A program made the position numbers and the translations under genes. Below are positions 29,544 to 43,743 of a stretch of 64,000 bases of DNA, one piece after another (positions within the stretch are counted from its first letter, which is position 1; every line of letters starts with the position of its first letter). This DNA is from Perna viridis (taxonomy: Eukaryota): assembly GCA_037379345.1 (NCBI GenBank), contig CM074511.1, positions 59,898,862-59,962,861 on the forward strand. Reading direction: 5' to 3'. The notes beneath the pieces are model-generated. The model ran no database searches and was not told where the DNA came from. It saw only the letters and a program-made list of their open reading frames with translations.

Positions 29544-29724
29544 CTGTTCTGGCTTTAATCCTGGAGGGACCCAAGTATACTCTTCCAGAGGACAACCACT
29601 ATCATCATCTGAGGTAGAGTTACGTTTGGCATCATGAATCAATCTGTTCAAAGTGTGATCTGTGTCACATCCCGTCGTCATGTCGTGGGTTTCTGGTGGA
29701 CATTTGCAATGTTTACAAATCTTC
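29544..29724 (-). CDS. prickle: prickle exon 3 (KICKHCKC...[27 protein letters not shown]), end of Cys-rich domain and start of PET
   Basis: tttcag| acceptor completes codon AG|G, donor CAG|gtcagt; diagnostic prickle motif SDDDSGCxLEEYxWVPPGL. Confidence 0.96.
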
Positions 29725-31792
29725 CTGAAATACAGAGAACAAAAAGCTTGATTTAATACAGCATTCATGTAAAAAGTCATCTAAAAGTCTCATTATGTAA
29801 ATTAGAAAAGATCAATTACATGTATTATTCATTGTAATAGCGAAGTTCCTTCTCAGTAACGTGTGAATGCTTTTACAATGATTTCTACCACAGTATAATT
29901 CTACTTATAAACGTCCTCGATTGTTTTTTATACATAATTATATGATGGAGATACCATGTTTGACGTTCTATATAATTTCTCTGTAACAATCAATATTAAA
30001 TGATACTTTATAATATCTATCTATACGAGTTACGTAATATCACTAAGTTAGAGGGATGGTTGTATTGGCATATCCCAATATTTACATGTAATCCATTTAT
30101 TATTCCTTTCCAAGGAGGAGGAAATCTTAATTTAGTCGATAAGATGCTGGCTAGATTCCATTGAAAGACTGAACCATGAATATAGCAAATTCATCTATGA
30201 GAAACAAAATTTTACGATCTGAAAGGATAGGCATTTAAAATGCAAATCTGAAGTATCTACTTCATCATTTGATGCTAAATTTCTGTAAGAATGTCTTTTA
30301 CATTAGTATCAATCAATATTACAGAGTCAGCAAAATATCAAAGAAGACATTGTCAATGTTTGTACTGAAGTATCTGAATGTGTCAAGACAATCATGTTGC
30401 TGTAGAACCTTTGCCAATTAGGCACTAAACAATATTATTATCAATATTCTATCCAACCTTGATTGAAAAAAAGATGATGAGCCTTTGAAATGTTTTATAG
30501 ATGTAACTACATGTGTATTTAGATTAAATCTGACAATGTCCATAAGTCTTAAAAGATACAAAGACTTCAAAATAATCAAAGTGCTGTCAGCACTGGAGCT
30601 TTTCTATTCTTGTGAATTTTGTAGCATGGACAAAATTTCAAAGATTACATGATGTAAAATAAAATTGTGATCATACATTTGCATTTTTCATATCTAATAT
30701 CAGGAACTGCTTTTTCCCTAATATGTATAAACTGAATGTTATTCCATACTTCTGATCAACTTCACACACAAATACAAATTTTGTTCTATTTCACCTTTTT
30801 CCTATATTTTTAAAACTGTCCAAAAAGGCTATATTAACAGATCATTTATCACACATGTACAATGTACCAATTTCCCTTTAACAAAACAATTTACTTGATG
30901 AACATAAGATTTCCAAAAACTTGACACTTTTATCAATTTGAATTTTCCCGACAATTTTACTTGGTTAAAATCAGTGCTCTTCACTACCTGTTTATTAATG
31001 GTAAACTATTGATAAATGGATGGAGAATTTGACTGATAAGTGTGTTAAATGGAACATGCTTAACACATTTTATGCTTCTAAACACATTACTGCATGAACT
31101 AAATTTCCTAAATGAAAATTTATTTCTTAATATCTTTCAAGGCCTAAAAAGGAGTCCCTCAAATTTTGAGTTGATACGAAGACTTGATCTCAATTCTATT
31201 TGCAGAAATAACAGAATATAATTGAGCTGAATAATCGCATGAAACATATTTACTGGTTATAAAACAGGTACTGAATGATCTTTAAGAAATCACTGAAAGT
31301 TCCAGTGATAGACCAGTGACATAAGATATTTTGTTAAATCAAAAAACCTATTAAAAAAAATCTAGTAAGTCACTAAAAGACTCAATTTCAAAGTACAGAA
31401 AGACATGCATTGAAGTTGAATGCATGATCTATTTCAAGATTATAAGTACATTCTAGCTAATTTGTATTATCATCAAATCCTGATAAAAAATCATGAATCT
31501 CATCCTTCAACAAATCAATTAATCCTACATACTTCAGCTGATACTTGAAATGGCCCCATCAAACTGACCATCAAAACAAGAATACCATTCAATCACTATA
31601 TTACAGTGTTAATGTTGTACTTAAGACTCTTGTCAAGAGGTACATTAATGAAGAGGACACTTTATACTGATCTTACTCACTTATCTACTTCAACAGTTAT
31701 TATAGAAGTGGCAATTCTTTGTCTATCTCAGACATTTAAAGAGACTGGAGTTTGAATGCAAAAAAGCTCATTTCTGATGAGGAAGATGTTGA

Positions 31793-31851
31793 TTGATTGA
31801 TTGTTGGGCTTTAACATCCGAGCAGCAATATTTCAGCTATATTCAGACGAT
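31793..31851 (-). mobile_element. Very short retroposon (SINE-like 3' hairpin plus (CAAT)n tail) with 13-bp TSD
   Basis: Flanked by AGGAAGATGTTGA at 31780-31792 and 31852-31864; homologous to 43689-43743. Confidence 0.8.
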
Positions 31852-34800
31852 AGGAAGATGTTGAACAAACAGAGGAGAAGAGTAATGTGTGTGCATTACT
31901 GAAGACAAAACACCCACTTCTGCTGCAAAGATAGTGGTGATTGGAGTCATTATATTGATAGAAAATTTCACTAATATCATAAAAATATTTTTCAAACAAC
32001 CATTCTTCACAAGACACATTTATAATTATATCAAACGATTTGAAGGGAAAAAAATAGTCTTTTTTCACAAAATTCGCACATTTTCCAATATTAAGACACA
32101 ATTTTCTTAGAAACAAAATAGATATCTATAACAATTGTAATAAAAAAACATAAATAACTTATAAAATATCATGCTAAAATTGTAGAAAATATACCAACTT
32201 AATGACTATTTAGTGGGAACAGCATTAATGTCATCATGAATTATGCATACATGATCATTAAAGCATGAATATCGAATCAGTATCTATCAGTTCCACAGAG
32301 ACCAAAAACCATCAAGTCGACAAAATGCTACTGTTACTCTACATAAAATGTTCCAATCTATCCAATTAAACTGTACAATTTCCATGATCCACTGAGAATA
32401 TGACATGAAAATGGAAAATCGGAAGAATATTTCTATCAAATATTCAAAAAACGTAAGTTTTGATGATCAATAGGCTGCATATTGAATGTTGTATATGGCA
32501 CTGCCGTGGAAGTCATAATTGAAAATCAGATCAGAGTTACACCTCAAATGAATGCTGATTATGATATACAGCAGTCAAGATATTTAATTAAAGCTGATGT
32601 ATTTTGATGTATTACACTCGAAATGTTTTATGAAAAGGTACATGCAAATAGAAATTGAATTGGCCACACCGTAGATTCTCAGGCAAGCATCAGTACTCCA
32701 GAGAGCTCTTCAAACAAAGCTACCCAATCATGTTTACAATTATTGGAAATATGATTTAAGACAACACAGGAGTCTTTTTTACTGTAAACAAAAAGCCACC
32801 TGTCAAATTTGAATGAAAATATGATGCTTCAGTATTTATTTCCTATCTCGTACAACTTCAGGGTGGTAGGATCCTACAATTCATAACAGAATCAGACATT
32901 ATTTCAGGCTTTAAACATGTCTTAATTCTAATTGAAAAGATCAATGATCAAGCCATTGATAGAATTCTTTCATTTAGAAAAACTTATCTCATCATTTAAT
33001 TCCTATTTTATAAATTTACAAAGGTTTTATAAATGATACTAGAATTGGAGCAAACGAAGTGCATATGATACAGTATATTTACCTAACCAGTGATTTTGCT
33101 AACCATATAAAATCTGTTGCCTTTATCAAATATGCAAACCCAAAAAAAGGGCATAAATGGAACATAAAGTGATACTCTGCCACATAATGGTGAAAAAAAG
33201 GGGTGGCAAGATGTTCCAAAACTCGAAAACTACATTTTGGATTTTGCTGAAAATTGAAACTTAGACTGAATTTTATGGAAACTGTCAGGGGACAGACAGA
33301 TGAACACCCACCTTTCAAAAGGATATTACATAATACTTTGCCACTTCATGTGGCAGGATATAAAAACTGTAGAGATCCAAAATTTCATTTACTTGTAGGT
33401 GTTGCTATACTTTGATACTCTGAGATATATCATTTTATGAAAGTTCAAATATTTGGGTTCTTCAATTCTTGGGGTTAAATAGAAATCATGTGAAATATTT
33501 ATATTTTATTCATGTGAATATAATCAATATTATATGAAGATGTTTTGTATTTGTTTTGAATTTGTATTGTTTATGGTAACAATTCAGTTGTTTGAATTAA
33601 AATTATACCAATGAATAAAATTCTGATTCTGGGATACAATATAAAAGCTAGTTGCACTGTTTTCATTAATGAACATTCAAGAATTTAGATTGAAAAATTC
33701 TGAAAATTTTACAAGGAAACCAACATCATTGATTAAAGTACTACTGGTATTCTTCAATATAGAATACAAAAAACAGCCACAAAGAACATTGTTAGTCTTA
33801 GCATGTCCCAAATTGTTTCCTATAAACTCAGCCATTTGTACAATTACCATCTCCTTTCCCAAACTGTTTGAATTAGAAGATTACTAAACAATCAACAGCT
33901 GATATTCTGATTTTCTTGAATTTGTAGTTTTACAGTGTTGTGCCTACCAACCCCATTTAATTGAGCCACTTAATGCATTCATATCCAATAGCCATTGTTT
34001 TATATGGGAGTTAATACAGAACAGTCTCAAAGTGGATTTCTCTGGAAACCCAAGGCGTCAATAATGCAGTCTCTGTGATCATTAGTTAGATTAGAAACCA
34101 GAAACGGACTTGAGGAAATAAACTTGAAAACTTCTATAGAAATGCAAATAAACATTGATTTTACACTTTTGAATTTTAACACAATTTTTTTTTCTCATTT
34201 TCCAATAAAAAAGGATCTTACACTTAAAGTTTACTTTCATTACATAATAATTCTTTTAAGCGTTAAATGCTGACAGTTAGAGTGTGCTTAACAGTAATGA
34301 AATTTTTGTTAACTCAAAATTAATTTTAATGCCAGTAAAACTTACTAACTTAACCCTAAGCTGTGACTAAATAATTTTGATTCTTAATCTACATCTTTAC
34401 CACTGCAAGTTTTGAGGTTTTGTATTTTGCTATGTCTATATTACATTTTTGTAATTTAAAATGAATTTTTTTCTCTACAATTCAGAAAATTAAATAAAAA
34501 GAGGAAAATTTATTTAGGTTATGCATATCCATTAAAATTTTCTGTTGTCAAGACCAAATGAAGATATAGAACTAGTTATAGTAACATTAATACACAGTAA
34601 CTTCAGATGCTTTTCCGTGCAAATAAATTCCACAATTCCATCTCATTTACTGCCTCATGCAATAACTTTATGCGGCAATAAATGTCTATATCTTTGCCAA
34701 AAATATCAAATATATTTTAAGAGGTTGTAATCATAAAAGATAGTTGCTGTTATTTTACAAACATCTGAACCTATGTATGCCTGACATTAATGACAATTCT

Positions 34801-36519
34801 CTAAATAAAACCACAAGACAATTTCTGATTACCTCAAATCCTCTCTCATCCAGTCAAACACATTAACCAAATATGATTCATAGGAAGTCATCATATTTTC
34901 CATATAGATCAAAAGCTGTGAAGAAATTGGCATTGCAGATTCTCTAACTGAATGGAAATCTTGTCAATTTTACCATGACAAATAGGCTTATCAGGAAAAT
35001 AAATGATTAAACAAACAGAATGTGATGTAAAGTAGTCAGTAACTGACAGAGATTTCATCAACAAACCAATGTCTCTAACTCTATGACAAGGATCTTCAGA
35101 CAATCCAACTGCAATCAGTTGCATAGAAAAAGGGAAGCAGAATCATTTTAATAACAAGTTTCAATCTATCTGGATGGCTGTAGTCTGTTGCTTGATGGAA
35201 ATTGAAAGAATTTCTTCTTTGATCTACAAATTTTTGTTAAATGCTACTTTGATTAGTATATCTAGACTAGCCTGCACATAGCTTAATTAAATTCTAGTTA
35301 GACTATAAAATTATTGCAATGTCTATAGTGTTCTATGATTTTGTACAAGTTGATTGTATATTCCACTTCAATGCAGACTTGATTTTTCGATAGTTATAAA
35401 AAAAAAATTGCCAATATAAATGAGCAGAACTGAAAAGGGAAAAAATGAAGAGATAGATCAGTATTTCCGCTAAATGTGAAAGAAATTCATTGTTGCTGCT
35501 CTAACAAAAAATAACTGAAGTTAAATTATTTCTCAAAACAACAGCCTAAAGACAAAAGAACCCTGGCCTAAATTCCTATACAAGCTACAAATTTATGTAA
35601 AAATAATTAATCATAGCAAAAAAAGTCCTACCTGGAGGGTTGATGGAACTTTGAATAATCAACTTCCAGGTAGGCTAACTACTGGTACCCACGGGCAATT
35701 TACCATTTCCCAATAAAGGTAACAACCACAGGTACAAAGTCATAAATTATAGAGGTGTTGATGTAATTATCTACTTATTAACTGGTGAGAAAGGCCACTC
35801 AGGTGTTCCTAATAAATGTTCTTTTTGTTTTCTACTTGTCAGGAGATGGACAGGAGGTTACTTACGAGATCAAATACCACATTAGTCTATGGTGTCTAAA
35901 ACCACAAATCAGTGGTTAAACCTGAAGTGAATCCTGATTTAGATCTCCACAAATATATGATGATCACTGCTCTCCTTAGATCATGTGCTACTGTCTTGAT
36001 CATAGCTTTAATGACCTTCCAAGGTCTAAACATTACAAATTACACTCAGATTTCAACATGAAAGTGACAATATTTAGTTTATCAGATACTCAAATCTTCC
36101 AAAATCCACTAGGGTGTTCCTTCATTAGTAACTGTTAATGAAAGTACAAAGTTATCAAGTTCTAAAATCTTTCTTTAGCTCATTAACCCGTCAATTACAT
36201 GCACATTGCACATGAATGAAAAACCATTTTAAAAGGGGGGGTAATAAAGATTAGAACTGGTTACAATTTACATTAAAGTACAATAGGGATAAGTGGGGAA
36301 TTATCATTAGATGGTCATTATGACAATAATGGAGAACACACACAACTAATGACATATCATACATGTACAGACCCAGTGAAAAAGGATAAGCCTTCAGATT
36401 TAGAGGTTGACATGATTACTCTAACAAATGGACATTTCATCAATCAAAATATCATTGATTTCTTTTAGCATGGACAACAACTCAAATCTGAGGTTTCAAG
36501 AAACAAAATCTACTGAAAC

Positions 36520-36659
36520 CAGTGGCATAGCTATAAGGTGTTTCAAGAAGTCAAGGTTTCAACATGCTTGCAAAAGAAACAAAGTAAAATAAATCCCTCC
36601 CCCTTTTCTGTGCTTCAAAAAAAGCTTCAAAACTGATTTGGCCTTCGCTTACACCACTA
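36520..36659. mobile_element. Degenerate MITE with CAGTGGC-type termini
   Basis: cagtggcatagc (36520-36531) versus gcttacaccact (36647-36658), an imperfect inverted repeat. Confidence 0.3.
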
Positions 36660-39024
36660 GAAACTGAAAGAGGATCCATCATAAAAGAATAGTTTTCAAA
36701 TGATGCTAAAACAAATACATGTATTGTGACTGATGCGAAATTGTTACCCTAAATCCTGAACAGCATTTTTTAATGTCAGATCTGCAAACAAAAGATATTG
36801 CAATATTTAAGCATTACAGCATATTTCCCTTAGTAAATTCTATCTGATGACTTTGTACTTAAGAGTTAGCACCTTTTGCCAGGTGTAACCAATCAAGTTT
36901 GCCTTTCTATATATACATGGAGTTACATAATATCATCACCTACAATCATAGGCAAACAAAAGCCCCAGTATTCTGCCATTTTTTTAGAAGAAAAAAATGT
37001 GGAAGGTCAAAAAATCTTAAAATAATACAAATATTTATAAGCAATAAATGTAATATTTTATATTCTTTCATCTCACATTTCTATAAACCAGCCATATTTT
37101 TTTTAAATTGAACATTCAACAGGAAATTCGTCTTCATCATAAACAAATTTGTCTTCATGAGAACTGAGATATTCCAGAGAACAGGCCATCCATTAATTGG
37201 TATATTTGCGTTAATTGTCTGTTGGTTTTCGGAAAACACATTTAACAGAACATGATGAGTTGTTGCTATCTTTAAAGTATACGTGACCAGTGTTTTTACA
37301 ATTCAATTGTTCAAACACCTACAATTTTTTCCATGCTAAAATGAAATTTCTGTTCAAACTTTTTACCCTATAATAAAATTTTGATTTTAACATCTGTGAA
37401 TTATTTTTATCATTTACACTTGTATCTGCTCAACAAGGATGTTGCTTACGTAACAAAGAAAATAAACAGTTTTCTGTTTTCACTTTTAATTTTAAATTGA
37501 AGCTCTTTAGTAAAAGAGATTTTAGACAAGATGAGGCAACAAGTTCTTTCTCACCTTCTGTTATCATGGTTAGAGTGAAAGTGTTGCTTTATCGAAAATA
37601 TCTCCCAAACAAATGAAGCAAACCTTGTACTTCACGCAAACTGAATGCAAAAGCCTGAACAAATTCACAGAAGAATGTATCATGTCTTACTTAAGCATAA
37701 ATATGATTGAAGGAATGCAAGTTATCAGTAATGTTTTATACTCAAGTGATCAAATATTAGATAAAAAGAAATCTTCCCAATTGTTTGTTACATGGGAATG
37801 CAAGCATGTAAAACTGTGTTGCACAACACATCGAACAAAGCAAGATTTGAAGGAGACGATTGGCTTTTTATCATAAGTATCCAATGCTTTAGCATAGCAA
37901 GGTTAGAAGTAAATGATGTAGTATTGGAACATAACAAACATTGTATTTTCTCTCAAGAATTTGCCCTTGATTTATACTAGCTTGCCAGGAATAATGTACG
38001 AGAAATGATTGTATACAACATAGAAATCTATAACTAAATAACTGCCACAAAAATCAAAATTACATGAAAAATATAACTCATACCTCTTTCTTAAGCACTA
38101 TCTAAGCCAATAATTTGAACAGCCAAGCCTGCCCTTTATCACAAATTTACCTCATTCCCTCAGTGATTCCATTACTATATAAAGCCCTTCTTTTCTTCAA
38201 TGGAATACCTTCACAACTTGCCCAATATCTTCAAATGACCCCTGGAAATTTACTTTTTATCCACATTCCACAACTAATTCACAAAAACAAACAAAAGATA
38301 CTTTATCTTCACTCAGCTTCCTATTCTTATAAAATGCAACTAATGAACAGATTAACTTAAGGACCTAGAGATTACCTTAACACCTGACTACCTGTATTTA
38401 CCTCTAATTACTGAAGAGTCTATTTCCTGTTTTACTTACATGTATGTCTCTTTCTGTTCTGACACCATAGAAATAATTAGGTATGGTCAATTATGATCAA
38501 AATTTGAATTTTGACAAAAATCGTACTGAGATTATGACAATAACATGTGACTATTTTAATAGTTTAACAAATGAACTGATAAAATATTATCATAATTTTC
38601 ATAATCCCACCTTTCACATGAAAAAAAGGTGACTAAATGTAGCCATATCTCACTGCACCACCTGTTTAAAAGTGAGAAAAATTTTGTCCTAACATCAACT
38701 GTTCCATAAAGTAATAGACCACTTACACATACATGTACCAGCATTTAAATACTGATTGCTTTCAAGTTGTTAAGAAAGTTGACAATAATTTTCAACTTAT
38801 AGCCTTAGTCATTACTGCATGCTCCAAGGTAAACCATTCTTAATTAACTTATGAAGTGATGCATAGTTTCAGTACATTTTGGTCAAAACAATCCAAAACA
38901 ATGCCTGACTGAAAATCTATGTGAATAGGCATCCTTATCATCTTGATTCCTTCAAGCCCTTATCTAGAAATCATTCAGCATGAAAAACCTACTTTACTAG
39001 AGTGTGGTACATCTATTTTATAAA

Positions 39025-39117
39025 ACTCTGAATACAGCATTTGTAGACTGTTAAAATCATACTTACAAATACTCTGAATACGGCATTTGTAGACTGTTAA
39101 AATCATACTTACAAATA
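39025..39117. repeat. Tandem duplication, 2 x 46 bp
   Basis: actctgaatac(a/g)gcatttgtagactgttaaaatcatacttacaaat at 39025 and 39071. Confidence 0.95.
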
Positions 39118-42100
39118 AAGACTTAATGCTAGCTTCGCAAATTTGTGAACAAAAGTTGTGCCGAATGTGGGGGCATTCAAGAACAAATATTATACAATAC
39201 ATGTTTATGCTAAAAGAGTTAAATGTGGTCTTTCATACACTCATTCTAAAGGTAATTGCACAAAAAACAGTATCTTAAGCAGAAGCTAGCATCCATAAAT
39301 ACAATATCGGTGCAGATTACTCAATGATGTTCAACTAGATAAACAATGAATGAAAATTACCCATGAACACCAAAAAACTTGTGTGTTTTCAAAGACAGAT
39401 GCTTGTGCCTACAAAAATAAACATCTGCTACAAAGATGTTTGTTCTATCAGTGAAAACAGAGATGAAATTTGCCAAACTTTTGAGACTTGTAGACTATTC
39501 TGCAATCATGCCTGTTTTAAAATTTCACCTAGAAAAGAAGTTAATTTGTTATCATTCCTAAATCAGTTGACGAAAATCTTATCAGAAATCTTCTTTTAAA
39601 ACAAATCGGTTGTTTTTTTATTCGATAGGTTGAACTGTATCAAAATAAAATCTATCCTTTCATCATGAACCACTTTGTAAAATGCAGGAAACTGTAATAT
39701 TTTGTTACAACCCGATAATAGACTGTAAGATTTTGATAAAAAGCTTATATTTTTTCCAACATAAATGTTTTTAATTTGATTTTTTTAATAAGGTAAAATA
39801 AGCAACCTCTCAGCATCTAGCCTTTGAACTCTGATACTAAGAATGAATTCAAAGCTTTTGACTATTTTCTAGATAAATCCTGGAAGTCATATGAACAAGA
39901 CCTTTACTTCTTACTTCACGTCTTGCATGAAGAAGAAAATATACAGACTTTAAGGAGTGAAGACAGTCAGAGATATTGAGAGGTCAAGCAAAAACAGCAT
40001 TTGCCTTTTATTTTCCGACTCAATACATCTAAATCACTCATAGAACATGGGAAATGACAAGTATTTATCTATGTTCAGGATGACTGACAGACTTCAAGAC
40101 AGGGCATTGAGATTTCCTATTATACAAACACAGACTTAAATGGCAGCCCTTTGTCTGACTGCCAATCCAAAGAAACAAAATGGCTTCAGATACAATTGGC
40201 TTCAGCTAAGGCAGGATACAAATTTTAATTGTGCAAGAATTAGTCAATGTGTGCATCTGTCAATCCTGTTGCTTATTCAAACAATTTTGAAAATAAAAGA
40301 TTCGCCAATCTGTTTCCATAGTAATACAGCCAGTGATAGCAATTTAAATGATTTTTGCAGAAATGTCTGTTCTGCTAAAATACAAATTGATGAGCAGGAA
40401 TAGATAAGTTATAAAAGTAAAGGCATCTGTATAAACCCCAGCAAATGGTTCTGTCAGTTTATGTTTTAATAGTTAACCAAAATTTTGACGGCTTTAGAAG
40501 TATCGACAAACCTCTTCAGTCTAACCAACTTTTTAAATGCTATAGCACACTTCATATTACACATACATTGTAGTTCTTGAAGTAAGGCAAGGCAGCTGTT
40601 TGCTGCATTAATATAACACAGAACTAATTTCTTTCTAGAGTGGTTATAAGATGTACAATGGTACCTTCTTTATATAATTGATGAATCATTGGAGTATAGA
40701 TAATACCCACTTGAAGTTTTGCATATATTTCTTCCTTTCTGCAGTATTATGCTATATATAATGTTGTTACATTAAATATAAATTTGTAACCACATTCTTC
40801 GATATAGATTCATTTGTATAAGAGAAATTGTTCAACATGGCATTATTATGCACAGTAGTATCACATTCATAAACTACATTTCTTATTCAAATAATTCTAA
40901 AATGTTGATTTATTGTCGCTAAAGCAACTTTTATCACCAATTAGAACAAATTTTCTAAATCATTTAAGCAAATAGAAAATATCAGACATAGAACTGCATT
41001 CATTCCTTAAGCTCATATGTCAAACACCTATGTAAGATGCAGAAGTTTTGACCCAAAATATGCAACAGTGCAAAGAGCTGTAGATTCGTCTTAATTATAA
41101 CAGATAGCCAGCATACCGATTTTAACTGATAAATTTTGTATTCAGTTTGATAACTTTGATAACAAAAAGATATTTGAATATTTCTGAAACAATATGTGAC
41201 AACTTTTTCAGCAGAAATCCAAATGGCTTTTAGGAACAGGAAACATCTGCCCTGTTGTACCACCATGGAGTGTTTGAACTGAATCCTACATAACCTGGCT
41301 TGCAGCCTAGCATAGGTATAATCTAGCAATAAAATGTCTAATATATATTAGCATAAGATTATTAAGAGCAAAGAAAATGAACATCTGTTGGGTAAAAAAT
41401 TGGAATTGATCTGAACCTTACAAAATGTATTTTATGGCTGATTAAAACATTTTAATCTTTAAACTTTCACAAATTTATTCCTAATTTCACAGATTATATG
41501 TAGCATTATCTTATTCAATGCTTTGGAAGCTTGTTTTTTCACTCTACAAGTAAATTCATCAATGTAGATTCTGTTTCTTAACATTTTTCAGTCAAAAAGA
41601 GATAGTGATACCATTTTACATCAACACTACTCTCTCAATATGTTCTGAACCAGGATATCTATCACAGCTAACACTCATGAGTTTACATCAACATATAAGG
41701 AGTGAAACAACTTATAACAAAAACAGTTAGTTAAGATCATACAACAAAGATGTCAACTCAAATACCAATAAAATTCCTTTTACTCTTGAACTGTGCCATG
41801 ATTGAAATATGCTGAGGTTTTGACCATGTGAACAATGACAAATTTTTGATTTGGTATGTTAGTCATGTTACTGTAAGTTTAATTTTGCAGCTTCATGGAC
41901 CAGATATATTAAATTAAACATCTCTTATCATATTTGCCATATTCACTCTTGGAATTCAAAATCAAAGGAGCACACAAAAAAAATATAATGCCATGAAAAC
42001 TTATACCTTAAACATATGTGTGACTGAAATTACTTTAGCAAAGAATCAATGTGTTATCAAGGCTCTTAATGATAGCCTTAAAGTTGGTGACATACTAGTT

Positions 42101-43688
42101 TGGTCAAAATAGTCATCAGAAAATAAAACTAGGTAAGGACAAAATCACAGGTTTATGTTATTTGAGCAGTGATTTTATTTCTGTGATATCTTTCCTTCAT
42201 TTGTTCACATCATCATTTCCTTTTTAAATGGTTTATCTGTTTTTTCATTACATACATGTACATGTCAAGTTATTCAGCACTTGTTACATGATCATTCAAT
42301 AAGAGAGAGCAGTGTTATAATTTTGGTTAAATATCTGATAAGCGGTGCAAAACTATTAATCACCATGCAATTCCACAATTTTACAGAGAACACTGACTTG
42401 CCCAAGTCCTGTGGTTTAAAAAAGTTAAAAAAAAAACTTAAACTGAAAGTTAGGGAAGGATACTGACATGTCCACACCTAAAAGTTAAATCACTTGTAAA
42501 AGAACATCCACACCTAAACTGTTTGTCCTTTCTCAAGAAGTTTTTCAGTTAATTTTCAAAGAAAAGATACTTCAAATACAAAAGCTAATGTTATTAAACC
42601 TCTATAGAAAAAATAGTCTAATGTTTGAAGTTTAAATATGTTGTGACATGAGTCTATTTTGTCAGGTGGACAGTCGTCTCTAGACTTTAAAAAAACTTTG
42701 AATAGTTCACTTAGTATTTGAAAATGGTCAACAATCTCCTTCCAAAGTATACACAACTGCATTATTTTTTGTTTAATTTCTGTAAACAAAGATTGGGCTC
42801 AAACTTCAGAGAGAAAACATTGGGAGAAAAATGTGGAACTATGTCTTTGAAAGGCTATTCATCTTAAATGTTATTTAAAGTTTGTCACTTGTTGACATAT
42901 TTTGAAAGAAAGTGACCTGAATTTTGTTTTTGGTTCACATCTTGTACCATTGTAGATTATTAAGGAGTTGACCTTCTCAATATGGAGCAATCTAAATTTA
43001 GCTTTCCATTTATAATTAAGACTTCAATAATAATTTCTGTTTTTAGTTATAAGCAGAAATTTGTTGGCACATCTTAATAGCGTGCATTCTTTAAAGTATT
43101 CATTAGCTTAATGTTCAATGAATCCTTGAAAGACATTTTTGTTCAAAAAATTGAAAATATCATAGCCAGAATTCAGTTAGAGCTCAAAATATCAGATAAA
43201 AGACACATCAATATAAAGTTGCCAAGATAAAAGCCTAATTTGGCAAAGAAGTTAAACCACCTTTTTGCCAACAGGCAGCATGTAGTAGGAATTTTTCTGT
43301 ACAACAATATATAAAAGCATTCCACTGAACACACACAGTCACCTTTTACACAAAGATTGACAGAAAACCAAAGTATGGATCTTCAGGTTTAAATTGTCAA
43401 AATTTTTCAAAATACATACAACAATATTTACCTTTTAATGTCAACAAATTTATTGAAAATGTGTCAAAAGGATGGCAATGGGACCTAAATCCTTCATTCA
43501 AATAAAGATTTATTCAACTTACACAATGGATCAAGAAGACCCGCGTTTGAAGGGGGAAAATGTTATTGCTCTCACAGTCTATAAGATGCTCTTAACAAAA
43601 AAATCATAGAGCTTATACACCTAAGTGACTAGATTTTAAAGCAGTTAAGAAGGACTACTGAAAAAAATAGCTTGCTCTTTTATTACAA

Positions 43689-43743
43689 TCGTCTGAATAT
43701 AGCTGAAATATTGCTGCTGGGACCTTAAACCCCAACAAACAAA
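43689..43743 (+). mobile_element. Very short retroposon, second copy, (CAAA)n tail, 12-bp TSD
   Basis: Flanked by CTTTTATTACAA at 43677-43688 and 43744-43755; shares tcgtctgaatatagctgaaatattgctgct with the 31.8-kb copy. Confidence 0.8.

Noticed and set aside
35866-35882. ATG TGG TAT TTG ATC TC|gtaagt, a phase-2-compatible mini first exon in intron 2
   Set aside because: Poor start context and no supporting promoter signal
42113-42216. C/D-box snoRNA-like box pair on the minus strand
   Set aside because: No terminal stem or recognisable rRNA antisense element; the boxes are common by chance
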